Shown in pieces: positions 1-9,594 of a stretch of DNA of 60,237 nucleotides (position 1 is its first letter; the number at the start of each line of letters is the position of its first letter). The translations under genes were made by a program, and so were the position numbers. The notes below the pieces were generated by a model. That model was not told the origin of the DNA. It made no database searches and saw only the letters and a list, made by a program, of their open reading frames with translations. Source of the stretch: a virus (taxonomy: Duplodnaviria; Caudoviricetes); IMG/VR virus record IMGVR_UViG_3300045110_000134, positions 1 through 60,237 of that record. The stretch is one strand, 5' to 3'.

Positions 1-127
1 TTCTGAAAACAGTAGGACGTGATTTCAAGAAGGGTCTGAACTTTATCCTTCCGTGGGCAGAAGGCGCTGGCGAAGTAGCGGTGCGCCTCTTTGCTCCTAG
101 CCTTGGGCCGTTGTTTAACTCAACCGT
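1..127. repeat. Terminal direct repeat (assembly overlap of a circular or circularly permuted genome), copy 1
   Basis: Bases 1-127 are identical to 60111-60237; an ORF reads through the junction. Confidence 0.97.
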
Positions 128-365
128 TTCAGCAGTAGTTCTCGCGGAACAAAAAGCGGCGGCACTGGGTAAGCAGGATGGGAGTGGTCCGCAGAAACTA
201 GCAGACGTGTTGCAGTTGATGGAACCTGTGATTGCAGCAGCCTTAAAGGATGCAGGCAGGGATTCGAGTACGGCTGCGGTTACTCAGTATATCGAGTCCG
301 TCGTAGAGGTACTGAATGCAGCGCCGGCACCAGTAATGACTACTCCACCACCCCAAACACTCTAA
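1..365 (+). CDS. 3' part of junction-spanning lysis-region protein (LL-H holin-like); true start is ATG 60095
   Basis: Joined frame reads MSFIGFLKTVGRDFKKGLNFILPWAEGAGEVAVRLF...VVLAEQK...GSGPQKLADV; the V..AEQ...G.G..KL..V pattern resembles LL-H holins; follows the endolysin. Confidence 0.6.
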   Translation, partial: LKTVGRDFKKGLNFILPWAEGAGEVAVRLFAPSLGPLFNSTVSAVVLAEQKAAALGKQDGSGPQKLADVLQLMEPVIAAALKDAGRDSSTAAVTQYIESVVEVLNAAPAPVMTTPPPQTL

Positions 366-550
366 TGCCTTGGGAGCCCAAAGACGCGACACGACATACC
401 AAAAAGGCTCGCTCGGCACGATGCAAGCGGGCCTTCGCACACGCCAGCAACAGTGTGCTGAAGCGGACGGGGCATGAAGGGCGAGCAGTACGTGCGGGCA
501 ACGCAGCGGTCAACAAGTGCAACGCGAAACGGAAACGACTCAAACGGTGA
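365..550 (+). CDS. Small basic protein (MPW..., ChaB/DUF2188-like)
   Basis: TAATG coupling to the upstream gene; MPWEPKDA...AFAHASNSVL...EGRAVRAGNAAV; K/R-rich. Confidence 0.65.
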   Translation: MPWEPKDATRHTKKARSARCKRAFAHASNSVLKRTGHEGRAVRAGNAAVNKCNAKRKRLKR

Positions 551-553
551 CCT

Positions 554-709
554 ATGCCTCAGGGATTAGTGCGTGGCGGCAGGAAGAAGACTGCAAGGCG
601 GAAGCGCACAGTAAAAGAGGACCGCAACGAAATTCGAGGTCTCAGGAAAAGATATGGCGCCGACGACAGTTTTGAACTGAAGAGGGCGGCATACAAGAGA
701 AAGCGCTGA
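554..709 (+). CDS. 51-aa K/R-rich peptide (not in ORF track)
   Basis: ATG554 to TGA709: MPQGLVRGGRKKTARRKRTVKEDRNEIRGLRKRYGADDSFELKRAAYKRKR; fills the gap between neighbours. Confidence 0.6.
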   Translation: MPQGLVRGGRKKTARRKRTVKEDRNEIRGLRKRYGADDSFELKRAAYKRKR

Positions 710-718
710 AACGGTGAC

Positions 719-2035
719 ATGCCGCAATACCAATGGCTACGTTACGACACTGCACGGCGAGCGCTCGCACAGAGGCTCGCAGACCTTATCAATGCCTTCT
801 GGACGGATGCAGAGCTTGGCTACTACCTGGCGGAAGCGCTCCGGACCTGGAACGCTCTTACAGAGCAGTGGAATGCAGACTTTGCTTTTACGCCAACTTC
901 CGTTCCTTGGTACGATCTCTCCCGACTGCCCGGTTCCCCTCGACTCCGCACGCTGACTGACACCTACCTCTACACAGTCATGGAGTACCACCTACTTGAG
1001 CCTCCCTCGGGGGGAACGTGGACCGGGACAAGTCAGTACACCATTGCAGACCTCTCCGCGGCTCTTGAGGGAGCTCGGGATGAGATGATTCAGTCCTCGG
1101 GCTGCAACATCGCGCAGATGGGACCGCTACCCTCAGTCCCTAACACGCGCAGGATCTATCTTCCCGACTCGACGCTTGAGCCCAGGCGGGCGCGGTTCAT
1201 GCCAGATTCCGGACTGCCCAACACGATGACGCGGGAAGACAACCTCGCGTGGGACAGTTTTGAGCCAGACCACGCGCAGACTCCGCGCATCCCGCAGTCC
1301 TGGGGCGTAATCAGTGGTCCTCCGTTGGCCCTGGACGTTGACACAGGACCAAACGTTGCCGGCCGCTACGATGTCATTGCGCTCATGGCTGGGATTCCTT
1401 TCAATCCTCCGGTGAATACTCTGCTCGGGGTTCCGGATGACTGGTCCTGGCTGGCGAAGTGGGGCGCCCTGGCAGAACTTCTCGGGCGAGATTCAGAGGC
1501 TACCGATCGCGAGCGGGCAGCGTACTGCCAGAAGCGTTACGAGGATGGTCTCAAGATTATGCAGCAGTCGAACTGGCTGCTGACTGCGACCATCAACGGC
1601 ATCCCGGTAGATACTCCTTCCGTGCGCGAGCAGGATGGATACTCTCCTGAATGGCAGAACGACGGCACGGCTTGGCCTTCGATTGTGACCGCAGGCATGG
1701 ATTTATTGGCTCCGTGTCCGGTTGGCGGTTCGCCGCGCGGCGTGTCGCTGGTCTTGGTCGGTAATGCTCCGGTCCCGGTTGCCGATAATGACCTGGTTCA
1801 AATTTCAAAAGACGCATTCGATGTGGTGCTCGATTACGCGCAAGTGCTGGCCAGTTTCAAAATGGGCGGCACAGAGTTTTCGGATACGAAAGACCTGGAA
1901 AAGAATTTCTTCCGCTTTGCGGCAGAGACCAACAAGCGATTGGCGGCAATGGGATTGTTTAGGGACATGCTCGGGAGGGAAGGACGCCGACAAGACTCGG
2001 CACAACCACGTTCACGACCAACGACTGAGCGGTAG
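719..2035 (+). CDS. Tail adaptor/ring (head-to-tail connector-like) protein
   Basis: N-terminal RRALAQRLAD...FWTDAELGYYLAEALR pattern typical of adaptor proteins; precedes the nozzle gene. Confidence 0.65.
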   Translation: MPQYQWLRYDTARRALAQRLADLINAFWTDAELGYYLAEALRTWNALTEQWNADFAFTPTSVPWYDLSRLPGSPRLRTLTDTYLYTVMEYHLLEPPSGGTWTGTSQYTIADLSAALEGARDEMIQSSGCNIAQMGPLPSVPNTRRIYLPDSTLEPRRARFMPDSGLPNTMTREDNLAWDSFEPDHAQTPRIPQSWGVISGPPLALDVDTGPNVAGRYDVIALMAGIPFNPPVNTLLGVPDDWSWLAKWGALAELLGRDSEATDRERAAYCQKRYEDGLKIMQQSNWLLTATINGIPVDTPSVREQDGYSPEWQNDGTAWPSIVTAGMDLLAPCPVGGSPRGVSLVLVGNAPVPVADNDLVQISKDAFDVVLDYAQVLASFKMGGTEFSDTKDLEKNFFRFAAETNKRLAAMGLFRDMLGREGRRQDSAQPRSRPTTER

Positions 2036-2507
2036 AGACTGTGTAATTATGAGCCTTCAAAAACTCCATACGGGCAACAACGGCGTCCTGCTTGAGTCGG
2101 TAGGAGCCGATGTAATGATTCTTGTTGCCCATGTAGACTGCGGCAACCCAGCAGTTTCCGGAAGGATAAACACCCGCATAGCCAGATGTGTTCTTGGAGC
2201 GAATCCAGCGTCTCCTGTTTTGATTTTGGTCGCTACGGGTTGCCCAATGGCAGTTGCTTTTGGAATAACCCTTATTGTTGTTCATGCGATCAAGGGTTTT
2301 ACCAAGCGGCCTTTCCCCCATGTCGGCAAGGAACGCCTTAAACGATCTACGCCACCGTCTACAGACTGCGATGCCTCTAGCTCCGTAGTATTTGAAACTT
2401 TTATGCTTTGGGTTTTCGCAGCGCTGAATCATGTTCCAGTAGAGCGTGTAGAGGTTTCCTTGATGCTTGGCCTCGTAGGAATAGCCATGTTTCCATTTTC
2501 CAGCCAT
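1959..2507 (-). mobile_element. Free-standing HNH homing endonuclease with C-terminal AP2-like domain
   Basis: WxNMIQRCENP...YYGARGIAVC..W...F..DMGERP..TLDRMNNNKGYSKSNCHWAT..QNQNRR, then NTSGYAGV...W.A...IGSY; antisense to the late operon. Confidence 0.9.
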
Positions 2508-2514
2508 GCTGCGG

Positions 2515-2523
2515 AGTATACCA
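2515..2523 (-). promoter_or_regulatory. Extended -10 promoter, likely giving a leaderless HNH mRNA
   Basis: Minus strand TGgTATACT lies 7 nt before ATG 2507; no Shine-Dalgarno. Confidence 0.6.
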
Positions 2524-2548
2524 GAAGGTTGGGAAAGGACATTAAATA

Positions 2549-5410
2549 GTGGCACAGAAACCCTACGAGCGAGATCCCGACGCGAAACGGATGCCGTTCC
2601 ACGGCATGAATACTGTGCTGCCTCCGGACAGGTTGCCGGAAGGAAAGTACCCCTTCGCGCAGAACGTACGTGCTTACTTGCGGGATGCCATCCGGCCACG
2701 CGCTATGCAGGATTCCTCGATCGAGACTCTTCCCGGCCCGGTTTATAACATCCGGCGCCTGAACGATACGACCCCGGCCGGCCCCGTGGCAGGGTTCACT
2801 CTTATTGGTGGTGCGGCATCGAACCTCTACGCGGGCGTCGTCCAGGTAGATACCGGCTTTAGTGGCAACCCGCTCGCGATGGTTCCCTTTCGGCCGAATG
2901 CTTCCGTGCAACCTTGGATGTATGTGGGCGACTCGCTCAAAATGGACAAGGTGCGCTCGGACGGGCTCACTTACAAGGTGGGAATTAAGGAACCCCAGAC
3001 CGCACCTACGACAACCGCGGTCCCAGCGTCAGATTCTATTTCACTGATTGGGGCTGTCACTGCAACTTACTGGGGCGATTCCCCGCACTCAGGACCGACC
3101 GGAAACTACATCTGGAAATTCAGGACTGGTGGCGGCTCTGGTCCTATCCGCGCATCAACCGCGCCCAACGGAGTAACTACCGGAAACTCGCTCATCTTCG
3201 ACCAAGGAGCTATTGGGAGCCAGTCTGTCCCGATGGAGTGGACGCAGTACAACGCTTACTCGGGGACGGTCACTACGGCTGTTCCGGGTAACTCGGTTGG
3301 CTGGGTCAGTGGCGACGACTTTACTGGCCTGGTGGCCGGCGACAAGATTGTAATAAACGCTGTCACCTACACCATCGCGGCTTTTCCTCCTCCTACGAAC
3401 ACCGCGCTGCATGTGACAGTTAACCCTGGCACGCAGATTGACGTTCCCTACTCCGCGGCACAGCTTGGGTCAGCCATCCCAGTCTTCACGCCGGCACTCG
3501 AAAGCGAAGGCTACTCAGATTTCAACATGGTGGTGGAGGCGACTCTTTACATCCCGTCTCCGGGAAACTACACACTCAATCTGCAATCGAAGGATGAGGT
3601 TATCTGGGGACTGGGGAGTTCTGGTTCGCATACTCCAACCTGGCCGGCACCGACTGGTGGACAGGTTAAGAGCATTATGGGGCAGACCGTCACCGCACTG
3701 AACGGCTACCCACTCATGCCCAAGACGGTGACTCCGGACGGACAAGGGCAAGTAGACACAGGGAACATCGTTGTGACTTTCCCTGCGGCGGGGAACTATC
3801 CGATCGAGATTGACTACGACTTCTGGTATCACTCGGGCAGAATCCTGGTCATCAAGGAAAACGGAAACTTCATCCCTCCGATTCCTGCCTCGACCATTAC
3901 CGACGCGCAGTACCGCTACACCTATCGTTCCTCGGTCACGGGAGCAGTATCGAATCCTTCGCCGTCCTCGGCTGCGAATGCGCTCTCTGTCCTCTCGAAC
4001 ACAGTTACTCCGGTGCCTTCAACCGATCCCCAGGTAGACAAGATCGATTTCTACCGGAAGGACTCAGGACTGCTGAATTTCACCTATGTGGGCACGGGTC
4101 CAAACTCCGCTACCCCGTTTAAGGACACCCTGCTTGATGCAGACGTAATTGCGAATCCGGTTCTTGAGTTTGACAACTTCGAGCCGTTCCCCTCGATTGA
4201 CCTTCCGCGCAAAGGGATAGTGAATGTGTCCGGAGGAGTGGCGACCTGGGTTTCAGGTGACCAGTTCAACGTGCGCTGGCTGCCGGGTACGATCATCATT
4301 CTCGGGCCAACGTCTCCCACAGCTTCCGCGGTTGCCTACACGCTGAACACGCGCCCGACTTCTACGACGACACTGACGGCAACCAATGAAGAAATTCAAA
4401 ACGGTGTACCTGTTTCTATTCCTCTTGCTGACGGCACGGGCCTTACATACGAGATTGCGGAGCCAATCCTAGCCGCGCAGCCGATGCCGTTTATCTGGGG
4501 ACCGACTGACAACGTAGCGTTCATCTACGGATGTGGCGACCCTCTGCGTCCTGGCGTCCTGTACTGGACGAAAGGAAACAATCCGGACTCTGCTCCCGAC
4601 ACGAACCAGCAGGACGTTACCAGCCCAAGCGAGCCCCTGGTGAACGGCTTGATTGTGGATGGGCTCGGGTGGGTGGCATCTCCGGAGCGGGCCTGGTTAA
4701 TCTATCCCAACTTCTTCAATGCGCTCGCCACTGTGGATGGAACGATCGGTTCAACCTGGACCTTGCAGGAATCCAGCCTGAAGCGCGGCGTCTACATGCC
4801 TTGGGCATTGACCGTGGATGGTGGGCACAACGTTTTCTTCCGCGCCAAGGACGGAATCTACATTTCGCCCTACGGACAGGGCGGGGAGTCAATCACGGAT
4901 GCGGACTTGTTTAATATCTTCCCGCATGAAGGGGCACTCCCGCAGCCGGTTATCCGCGGAGGGTTCGTTGTCTATCCTCCGGACGACAGCAAGCCGGCTT
5001 CGCAGCGACTCAGCACGGGCGGCGGATACTTGTACTACGACTACCAGGACACCTTGGGGACGCAGAGAACCCTGGTGTTCGACATTGCAGGGAAGGGCTG
5101 GGTGTGGGACTTGTACGAGCATCCCGTGGTAACGCACACGGTTGAAGAAGGCGACAACATCAACGGAGTGCTGTGTGGATGCACGGATGGCACAGTGCGG
5201 CCCTTGGCAGACAGCACTTCCGAAAATGCGACTTGCGTTGTGCTGATGCCGTGCGACACTGCAGGAGACGTGCGGAGCCAAAAACACTGGGGCGATTTGT
5301 ACATTGAGGCGAACCCTCCTGATTCGATTGCTACGCAAAGTTCGCTGTTACTCGAAAGCGGGCTTGGCAGCATAGAGCTAGAGGATGGCTCGGGAGTAAT
5401 TCTTTTATAG
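2549..5410 (+). CDS. Tail nozzle/DNA-stabilisation protein (N-terminal part) with inserted PA14-like domain
   Basis: FHGMNT..PPD.LP..KYPFAQNVR start typical of podovirus nozzle proteins; beta-propeller-like segments; PA14-like FNMVVEATLYIPSPGNYTL...AGNYPIEIDY at about 3500-3870. Confidence 0.65.
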   Translation: MAQKPYERDPDAKRMPFHGMNTVLPPDRLPEGKYPFAQNVRAYLRDAIRPRAMQDSSIETLPGPVYNIRRLNDTTPAGPVAGFTLIGGAASNLYAGVVQVDTGFSGNPLAMVPFRPNASVQPWMYVGDSLKMDKVRSDGLTYKVGIKEPQTAPTTTAVPASDSISLIGAVTATYWGDSPHSGPTGNYIWKFRTGGGSGPIRASTAPNGVTTGNSLIFDQGAIGSQSVPMEWTQYNAYSGTVTTAVPGNSVGWVSGDDFTGLVAGDKIVINAVTYTIAAFPPPTNTALHVTVNPGTQIDVPYSAAQLGSAIPVFTPALESEGYSDFNMVVEATLYIPSPGNYTLNLQSKDEVIWGLGSSGSHTPTWPAPTGGQVKSIMGQTVTALNGYPLMPKTVTPDGQGQVDTGNIVVTFPAAGNYPIEIDYDFWYHSGRILVIKENGNFIPPIPASTITDAQYRYTYRSSVTGAVSNPSPSSAANALSVLSNTVTPVPSTDPQVDKIDFYRKDSGLLNFTYVGTGPNSATPFKDTLLDADVIANPVLEFDNFEPFPSIDLPRKGIVNVSGGVATWVSGDQFNVRWLPGTIIILGPTSPTASAVAYTLNTRPTSTTTLTATNEEIQNGVPVSIPLADGTGLTYEIAEPILAAQPMPFIWGPTDNVAFIYGCGDPLRPGVLYWTKGNNPDSAPDTNQQDVTSPSEPLVNGLIVDGLGWVASPERAWLIYPNFFNALATVDGTIGSTWTLQESSLKRGVYMPWALTVDGGHNVFFRAKDGIYISPYGQGGESITDADLFNIFPHEGALPQPVIRGGFVVYPPDDSKPASQRLSTGGGYLYYDYQDTLGTQRTLVFDIAGKGWVWDLYEHPVVTHTVEEGDNINGVLCGCTDGTVRPLADSTSENATCVVLMPCDTAGDVRSQKHWGDLYIEANPPDSIATQSSLLLESGLGSIELEDGSGVILL

Positions 5411-5421
5411 GGTGAGAACTT

Positions 5422-5949
5422 ATGCCAGATCAGAAAATTAGCCAGTTGACCGATGGCTCTCCTGCTCAGTCTACCGACCAAGTGCCTGTAGCTCGTAGCG
5501 GCTCCACACTGCGAGTCAATATGGGTACGATCGGAGCTATCCAAGTCGCAACCGTCACCCTAACATCGGCACAGTTGAAGGCATTGAGAGCAACCCCAGT
5601 GCAGCTAGTTGCTGCACCAGGGGCAGGAAAGGTAATTCAAGCCATCAGTTCGTTTTGGCAATACTCAGCAGGCGCAACTCCATATACCGTGCCCGATGGG
5701 AGCCTCGTTATCTACAACGCGACGGCCGGGTTAGTGCTGGGGGAACGTTTTACAGAAAATGCGGCAGGATTTTTAGATCAGGCAGCGTCACAAGTCCTTT
5801 TGCTAAATGCCGACAATACGCAGGCGCAGCCAGCGACTTCATTTGCGAATAAAGCGCTTTTGATCGCCAACAACGGTAGCGGCGAATGGACTGCTGGCGA
5901 CGGCACTGTGATTGTGACCGTGTACTACGCCGTGGTGACATTGAGTTAA
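5422..5949 (+). CDS. Small fibre/decoration protein with MPDQKISQL N-terminus
   Basis: MxDxKISQL motif seen at the start of phage fibre proteins; C-terminal domain paralogous to 6840-7493. Confidence 0.6.
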   Translation: MPDQKISQLTDGSPAQSTDQVPVARSGSTLRVNMGTIGAIQVATVTLTSAQLKALRATPVQLVAAPGAGKVIQAISSFWQYSAGATPYTVPDGSLVIYNATAGLVLGERFTENAAGFLDQAASQVLLLNADNTQAQPATSFANKALLIANNGSGEWTAGDGTVIVTVYYAVVTLS

Positions 5950-5952
5950 AAG

Positions 5953-6840
5953 ATGCCAGTCATCGCTGATTTGTCGCTAACAATCACGCCGGCCACAGCG
6001 CTTTACACGGCGCCCGTGAATGACGCAATCGTCAACGCTTACGAGTCCGTGCAGGAGGGGCGACATGCTATTGTTCTGGATTTCAATTCCGGGGGAGGGC
6101 TTTACTCCCGTGACCTGGGTACGATCTTTCAGTGGCCCGCGCAAGCTGGAACGGTTCTGTATGTATGGCAGCCGAGTATCATCGCTATGCCCGAAGGCAC
6201 CTACGGGCGAGCAACCGACTGGCTCGACTCAGGAGGAGCAAAGTTCATTCAGGGAGTCCTCATCGAAGCCGACTCCTTCAACACGCCCAAAACTTTCTTC
6301 CTACAAGATGCCGACACACTAGCGCTGCATCCTTTGAATGAGTGTCCTGCGACGTTCAACCAGCAGTCGGTCAAGGCTTTCAGTTGCGTTCCCTTTGTGG
6401 CGCACTCGGCGCGGGTGATTTCTACCGATGGAGTGGAGTGGAGAGTATGGACAACGAAACTGGTGGCTCAACCCTGGCCGGAGCTGTGTTTCAACTGGCA
6501 GACGGAAATGACGTCGCTAGGAATGATCGGGTGGGGGCATGTACGGGAGATGAATGTGCCGTATGTCTCGACCTCTGGGGTTACTCTTGTGCTGACTTTC
6601 GACGCATGGCCGACAATAACAATTCCCTTGCCTTCGACGGGTGGGCTGCAGGCCAAGACGAAAGTGACTCTGCCCGCAAACAAGTTCAAACTGGTTTCAC
6701 TCCAGACCTTCTCGGCCGGGGACCCTCACCGGATCTTCGCGGACGATTTGCAACTGAAGATTAAAGCTTGGGGCTCGACTGAGGCGTACCAGGTACTCCG
6801 TCCCTTCGGTGGGCCTTCCCGTGCGGGAGCCACGGTGTAA
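5953..6840 (+). CDS. Tail protein, probable C-terminal part of the nozzle
   Basis: Beta-rich repeats ATDWLDSGGAKFIQGV and WQTEMTSLG..GWGHVRE resemble the motif near the end of 2549-5410 (AGDVRSQKHWGDLYIE). Confidence 0.55.
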   Translation: MPVIADLSLTITPATALYTAPVNDAIVNAYESVQEGRHAIVLDFNSGGGLYSRDLGTIFQWPAQAGTVLYVWQPSIIAMPEGTYGRATDWLDSGGAKFIQGVLIEADSFNTPKTFFLQDADTLALHPLNECPATFNQQSVKAFSCVPFVAHSARVISTDGVEWRVWTTKLVAQPWPELCFNWQTEMTSLGMIGWGHVREMNVPYVSTSGVTLVLTFDAWPTITIPLPSTGGLQAKTKVTLPANKFKLVSLQTFSAGDPHRIFADDLQLKIKAWGSTEAYQVLRPFGGPSRAGATV

Positions 6841-7493
6841 TGCCGAACCAACCAACTTCATTCCGGTATCCTTTCTCGCTGCCGGCTGAAATTCATCCCG
6901 GAGTAAGAAACGCTCTGAGGCTGACTTACAACGGTGTCAAAGACCTGAACGATGCTATCCGGAAGCTGAACCAGAAAGTAAACACCAACACAGAGACAAT
7001 CACCAACGTTACCAATGTTGCGGCTGCGCCAGCCGTAACTCCTCCGCCCGCGCCTCCACCGCTGATTCAGTTGATTCAATTTACTCTGACATCCGCACAA
7101 GTCCTGGCGCTGAAAGCTACTCCGGTGCAGATCCTTAGCGCTCCCGGAGCCGGCGCCATGTACTTAGTCGGTGCCGTGGTTTACCAGTACAAGTTTGTGA
7201 CGACTCCCTACACGGTGAATGGAAGTGGCAACCAGTACCTATGCGTCTATGCGGGGACGCAGCCGGCGCTGGCCACTCTGGGACAGGCTTATGTCTATAT
7301 CAGTTCGACGGGGTTCATGGACCAGGGTGCGAGCCAGTTGTTTCAAGGTGCGGGTCTTGCTCGCGCTGCACAGACTGTGCTGGACAACGGAGCATTGTTT
7401 GTTTCGCTACCGTCCGATGCTACGGCGGAGTTGCTGGCCGGCGATGGCACTCTGACCGTCTCCGCCGAATACGCTACGGTGGCTTTGCAGTAG
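6840..7493 (+). CDS. Virion protein: coiled-coil, Pro linker, then beta domain paralogous to 5422-5949
   Basis: TLTSAQVLALKATPVQILSAPGAG...GFMDQ...AGDGTLTV matches the 5422 protein. Confidence 0.65.
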   Translation: MPNQPTSFRYPFSLPAEIHPGVRNALRLTYNGVKDLNDAIRKLNQKVNTNTETITNVTNVAAAPAVTPPPAPPPLIQLIQFTLTSAQVLALKATPVQILSAPGAGAMYLVGAVVYQYKFVTTPYTVNGSGNQYLCVYAGTQPALATLGQAYVYISSTGFMDQGASQLFQGAGLARAAQTVLDNGALFVSLPSDATAELLAGDGTLTVSAEYATVALQ

Positions 7494-7502
7494 GGAGGTA
7501 CA

Positions 7503-8174
7503 ATGTTCGCGGAGAACGCCATGAAACGGTGGTTGCACTACCTCTGGGAAAACGAAGACGGGTTCTTTGGCATCGGCCAAGGGCCAAGTCACGGAGAGAA
7601 GCAGCAGTTTTACGATATGTCGAACCTCGCAAACTTTGCTACGTCCAAGGGCGAGAGTGACATCAATAGCGCGGACAATTTCTGGAAGTCAATTCTCTCC
7701 GGAGATCCCAACAAGATTTCCAAGGTGCTCGGTCCTGCCATCTCCGGTATCAACAAGCGAGCCCAACAGCAGAAGAAGACGGCCGCGGAGTTTGGGAACC
7801 GCAGTGGCGGGACAAACGCAGCCCAGCAAGAGGCTGGGGACCAGGTGCGGAGCGAGTACGACACGATGGTTTCAGGATTGACCGGAGAGGCAGCATCGGC
7901 GCTCGGCGCGAGCGGGTCAAGTCTGCTGGCAGCCGGTGCGAGTGGGCACGAAGCGGCCTTCAGTGAAGCGAATACGATCCAGCAACAGCGGGCGGCGCAG
8001 TTGAACGACATCTTCAAAAGCATTACGTCGATCGCGAAAGCGTTTATCAACCCTGCGGAATCAACTAGCGGCGGCGGCGGCGGGGGGCTATTCAAAGGCG
8101 CTGCTGAGGGTGCGTTCAACAATCAGGTTCAACCTACGCTGGATACAAGCTACGCGGACCAGACGATTTCATAA
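7503..8174 (+). CDS. Ejection/internal virion protein 1 (P22 gp7-like position)
   Basis: GGAGG RBS; G/A/S/Q-rich, FGNRSGGTNAA; first of three genes after the tail genes. Confidence 0.55.
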   Translation: MFAENAMKRWLHYLWENEDGFFGIGQGPSHGEKQQFYDMSNLANFATSKGESDINSADNFWKSILSGDPNKISKVLGPAISGINKRAQQQKKTAAEFGNRSGGTNAAQQEAGDQVRSEYDTMVSGLTGEAASALGASGSSLLAAGASGHEAAFSEANTIQQQRAAQLNDIFKSITSIAKAFINPAESTSGGGGGGLFKGAAEGAFNNQVQPTLDTSYADQTIS

Positions 8175-8184
8175 AAGGAACCTA

Positions 8185-9594
8185 ATGGCACTCTTTGAGA
8201 ACCTGGTTGAAGGTTTCGCCAACGCAGCCGGGGATACCGGGACGGTTAACCAGATCGAGAAGCGCAAGTCTGACCGCGTGGCGACTCAGCATGAAGAGTT
8301 GGCCGCGCAGACGCAATCCATCCTGAACGACGTTGCAGGACTGCAGCAACAGCGCTCCACGCTTGACCCGAAACACCCGGAGTACAAGACTCAACTGGAA
8401 GCCAACGACAAGGCGCTGCACGAGGCGCGGCAGGCGCTTACCGATCTGTACCATCCGGAGCAGAATCCCGGAGCGCTCGCGCACCTGGGCGGATTCATTC
8501 GCCAGCATCTTTCCAAGAACAAGCCCCAAGTTACGCCGGCAGTGGCCAAGCAGAGTATGGCCAGCACGATCGCTGGGCTGGACAAGGCGGCGGCGGCTCC
8601 CAATGAGGCTGCGCGTATGCAAGCGGGGCTTGTCCCGAAAGCGGGCACCGCGAAACCAGAGATTGAGAACTGGGTTCCAACCAACGTAAAGTTTGCCGAT
8701 GGCACTGAGGTAACCCTGCAGCGCAATTCCCGAAGCGGAGAATGGACCGACCTGGCTGGCAACCCTGTACCGAAAGAGAAGCTATCCGGTGCGAGTGTTG
8801 CTCCCAAGCAGGCAGCAGCCAGCAATTCCAAGTTCAATCAAGAAGCGTCGGTTTACGTGAAGAAGTGGGGTAAGCCGGTGAATGAGTGGACCCCGGAACA
8901 ACTAACCTACTTCAATCAAAAGATGGCCTTCGACGCAAAGAACAGTCGCGAGTCCCGCACCATAAAGATCGTCAAGGACGAGTACGGAAACAATATCCCC
9001 GTGGAAGTTTCCACGGAGAGTGGGCCAACCAACGCTCCGGTTGAACCTGGATCGCTTCCCAGGACTCCAGCAGAGGCGCGGCAGCGTGTTGCGGCACCCA
9101 GCGCACACGTAGGCAGGGCGCTCGGGATTCAAAGCACAACCCCGGCCATGACCAAGGCGCAGACTGACTTTCAAGAGGCGACGAAGTTGGCCAGCGTTGC
9201 GGATCAGGTAGCGCAGAAGCCAAATGATGCCGTGAATCAAAAGCGGCTCGCGGTAGCACTCGAACGAGCCTCTGCCGGCCGGTTCACTACTCAAGCACTC
9301 GACTACATCATCAAGGCCGGGTGGGGTAACACAATCGAGGGGTGGGCGCTCAGTCCAACCACGGGTGCTCTCCCGCCTGATATTGTTCGGCAACTGGTGG
9401 CTGGCGCTCACGAAAACCTGAACGGCGCGAAGACTGCTCTCCAGGCTGCACACGGTCCTACTGCGAGTGGCTCTGCGGCGCCGTTCAAGGTTCCTGCGGG
9501 TGCTCCTGCGGCGCCGAAAGAAGATGGCCACAAACTCAAAGCGAATGGCCAAGTCATCGCGATTTCAAGGGGCGGCCAATGGGTGGCACCGTAA
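8185..9594 (+). CDS. Ejection/internal virion protein 2
   Basis: AAGGA RBS before ATG 8185 (MALFENLVEGF); helical, A/Q/K-rich. Confidence 0.55.
   Translation: MALFENLVEGFANAAGDTGTVNQIEKRKSDRVATQHEELAAQTQSILNDVAGLQQQRSTLDPKHPEYKTQLEANDKALHEARQALTDLYHPEQNPGALAHLGGFIRQHLSKNKPQVTPAVAKQSMASTIAGLDKAAAAPNEAARMQAGLVPKAGTAKPEIENWVPTNVKFADGTEVTLQRNSRSGEWTDLAGNPVPKEKLSGASVAPKQAAASNSKFNQEASVYVKKWGKPVNEWTPEQLTYFNQKMAFDAKNSRESRTIKIVKDEYGNNIPVEVSTESGPTNAPVEPGSLPRTPAEARQRVAAPSAHVGRALGIQSTTPAMTKAQTDFQEATKLASVADQVAQKPNDAVNQKRLAVALERASAGRFTTQALDYIIKAGWGNTIEGWALSPTTGALPPDIVRQLVAGAHENLNGAKTALQAAHGPTASGSAAPFKVPAGAPAAPKEDGHKLKANGQVIAISRGGQWVAP

Noticed and set aside
1722-2549. 275-aa + strand ORF
   Set aside because: Shadow of the adaptor 3' end and of the antisense HNH gene; no motifs
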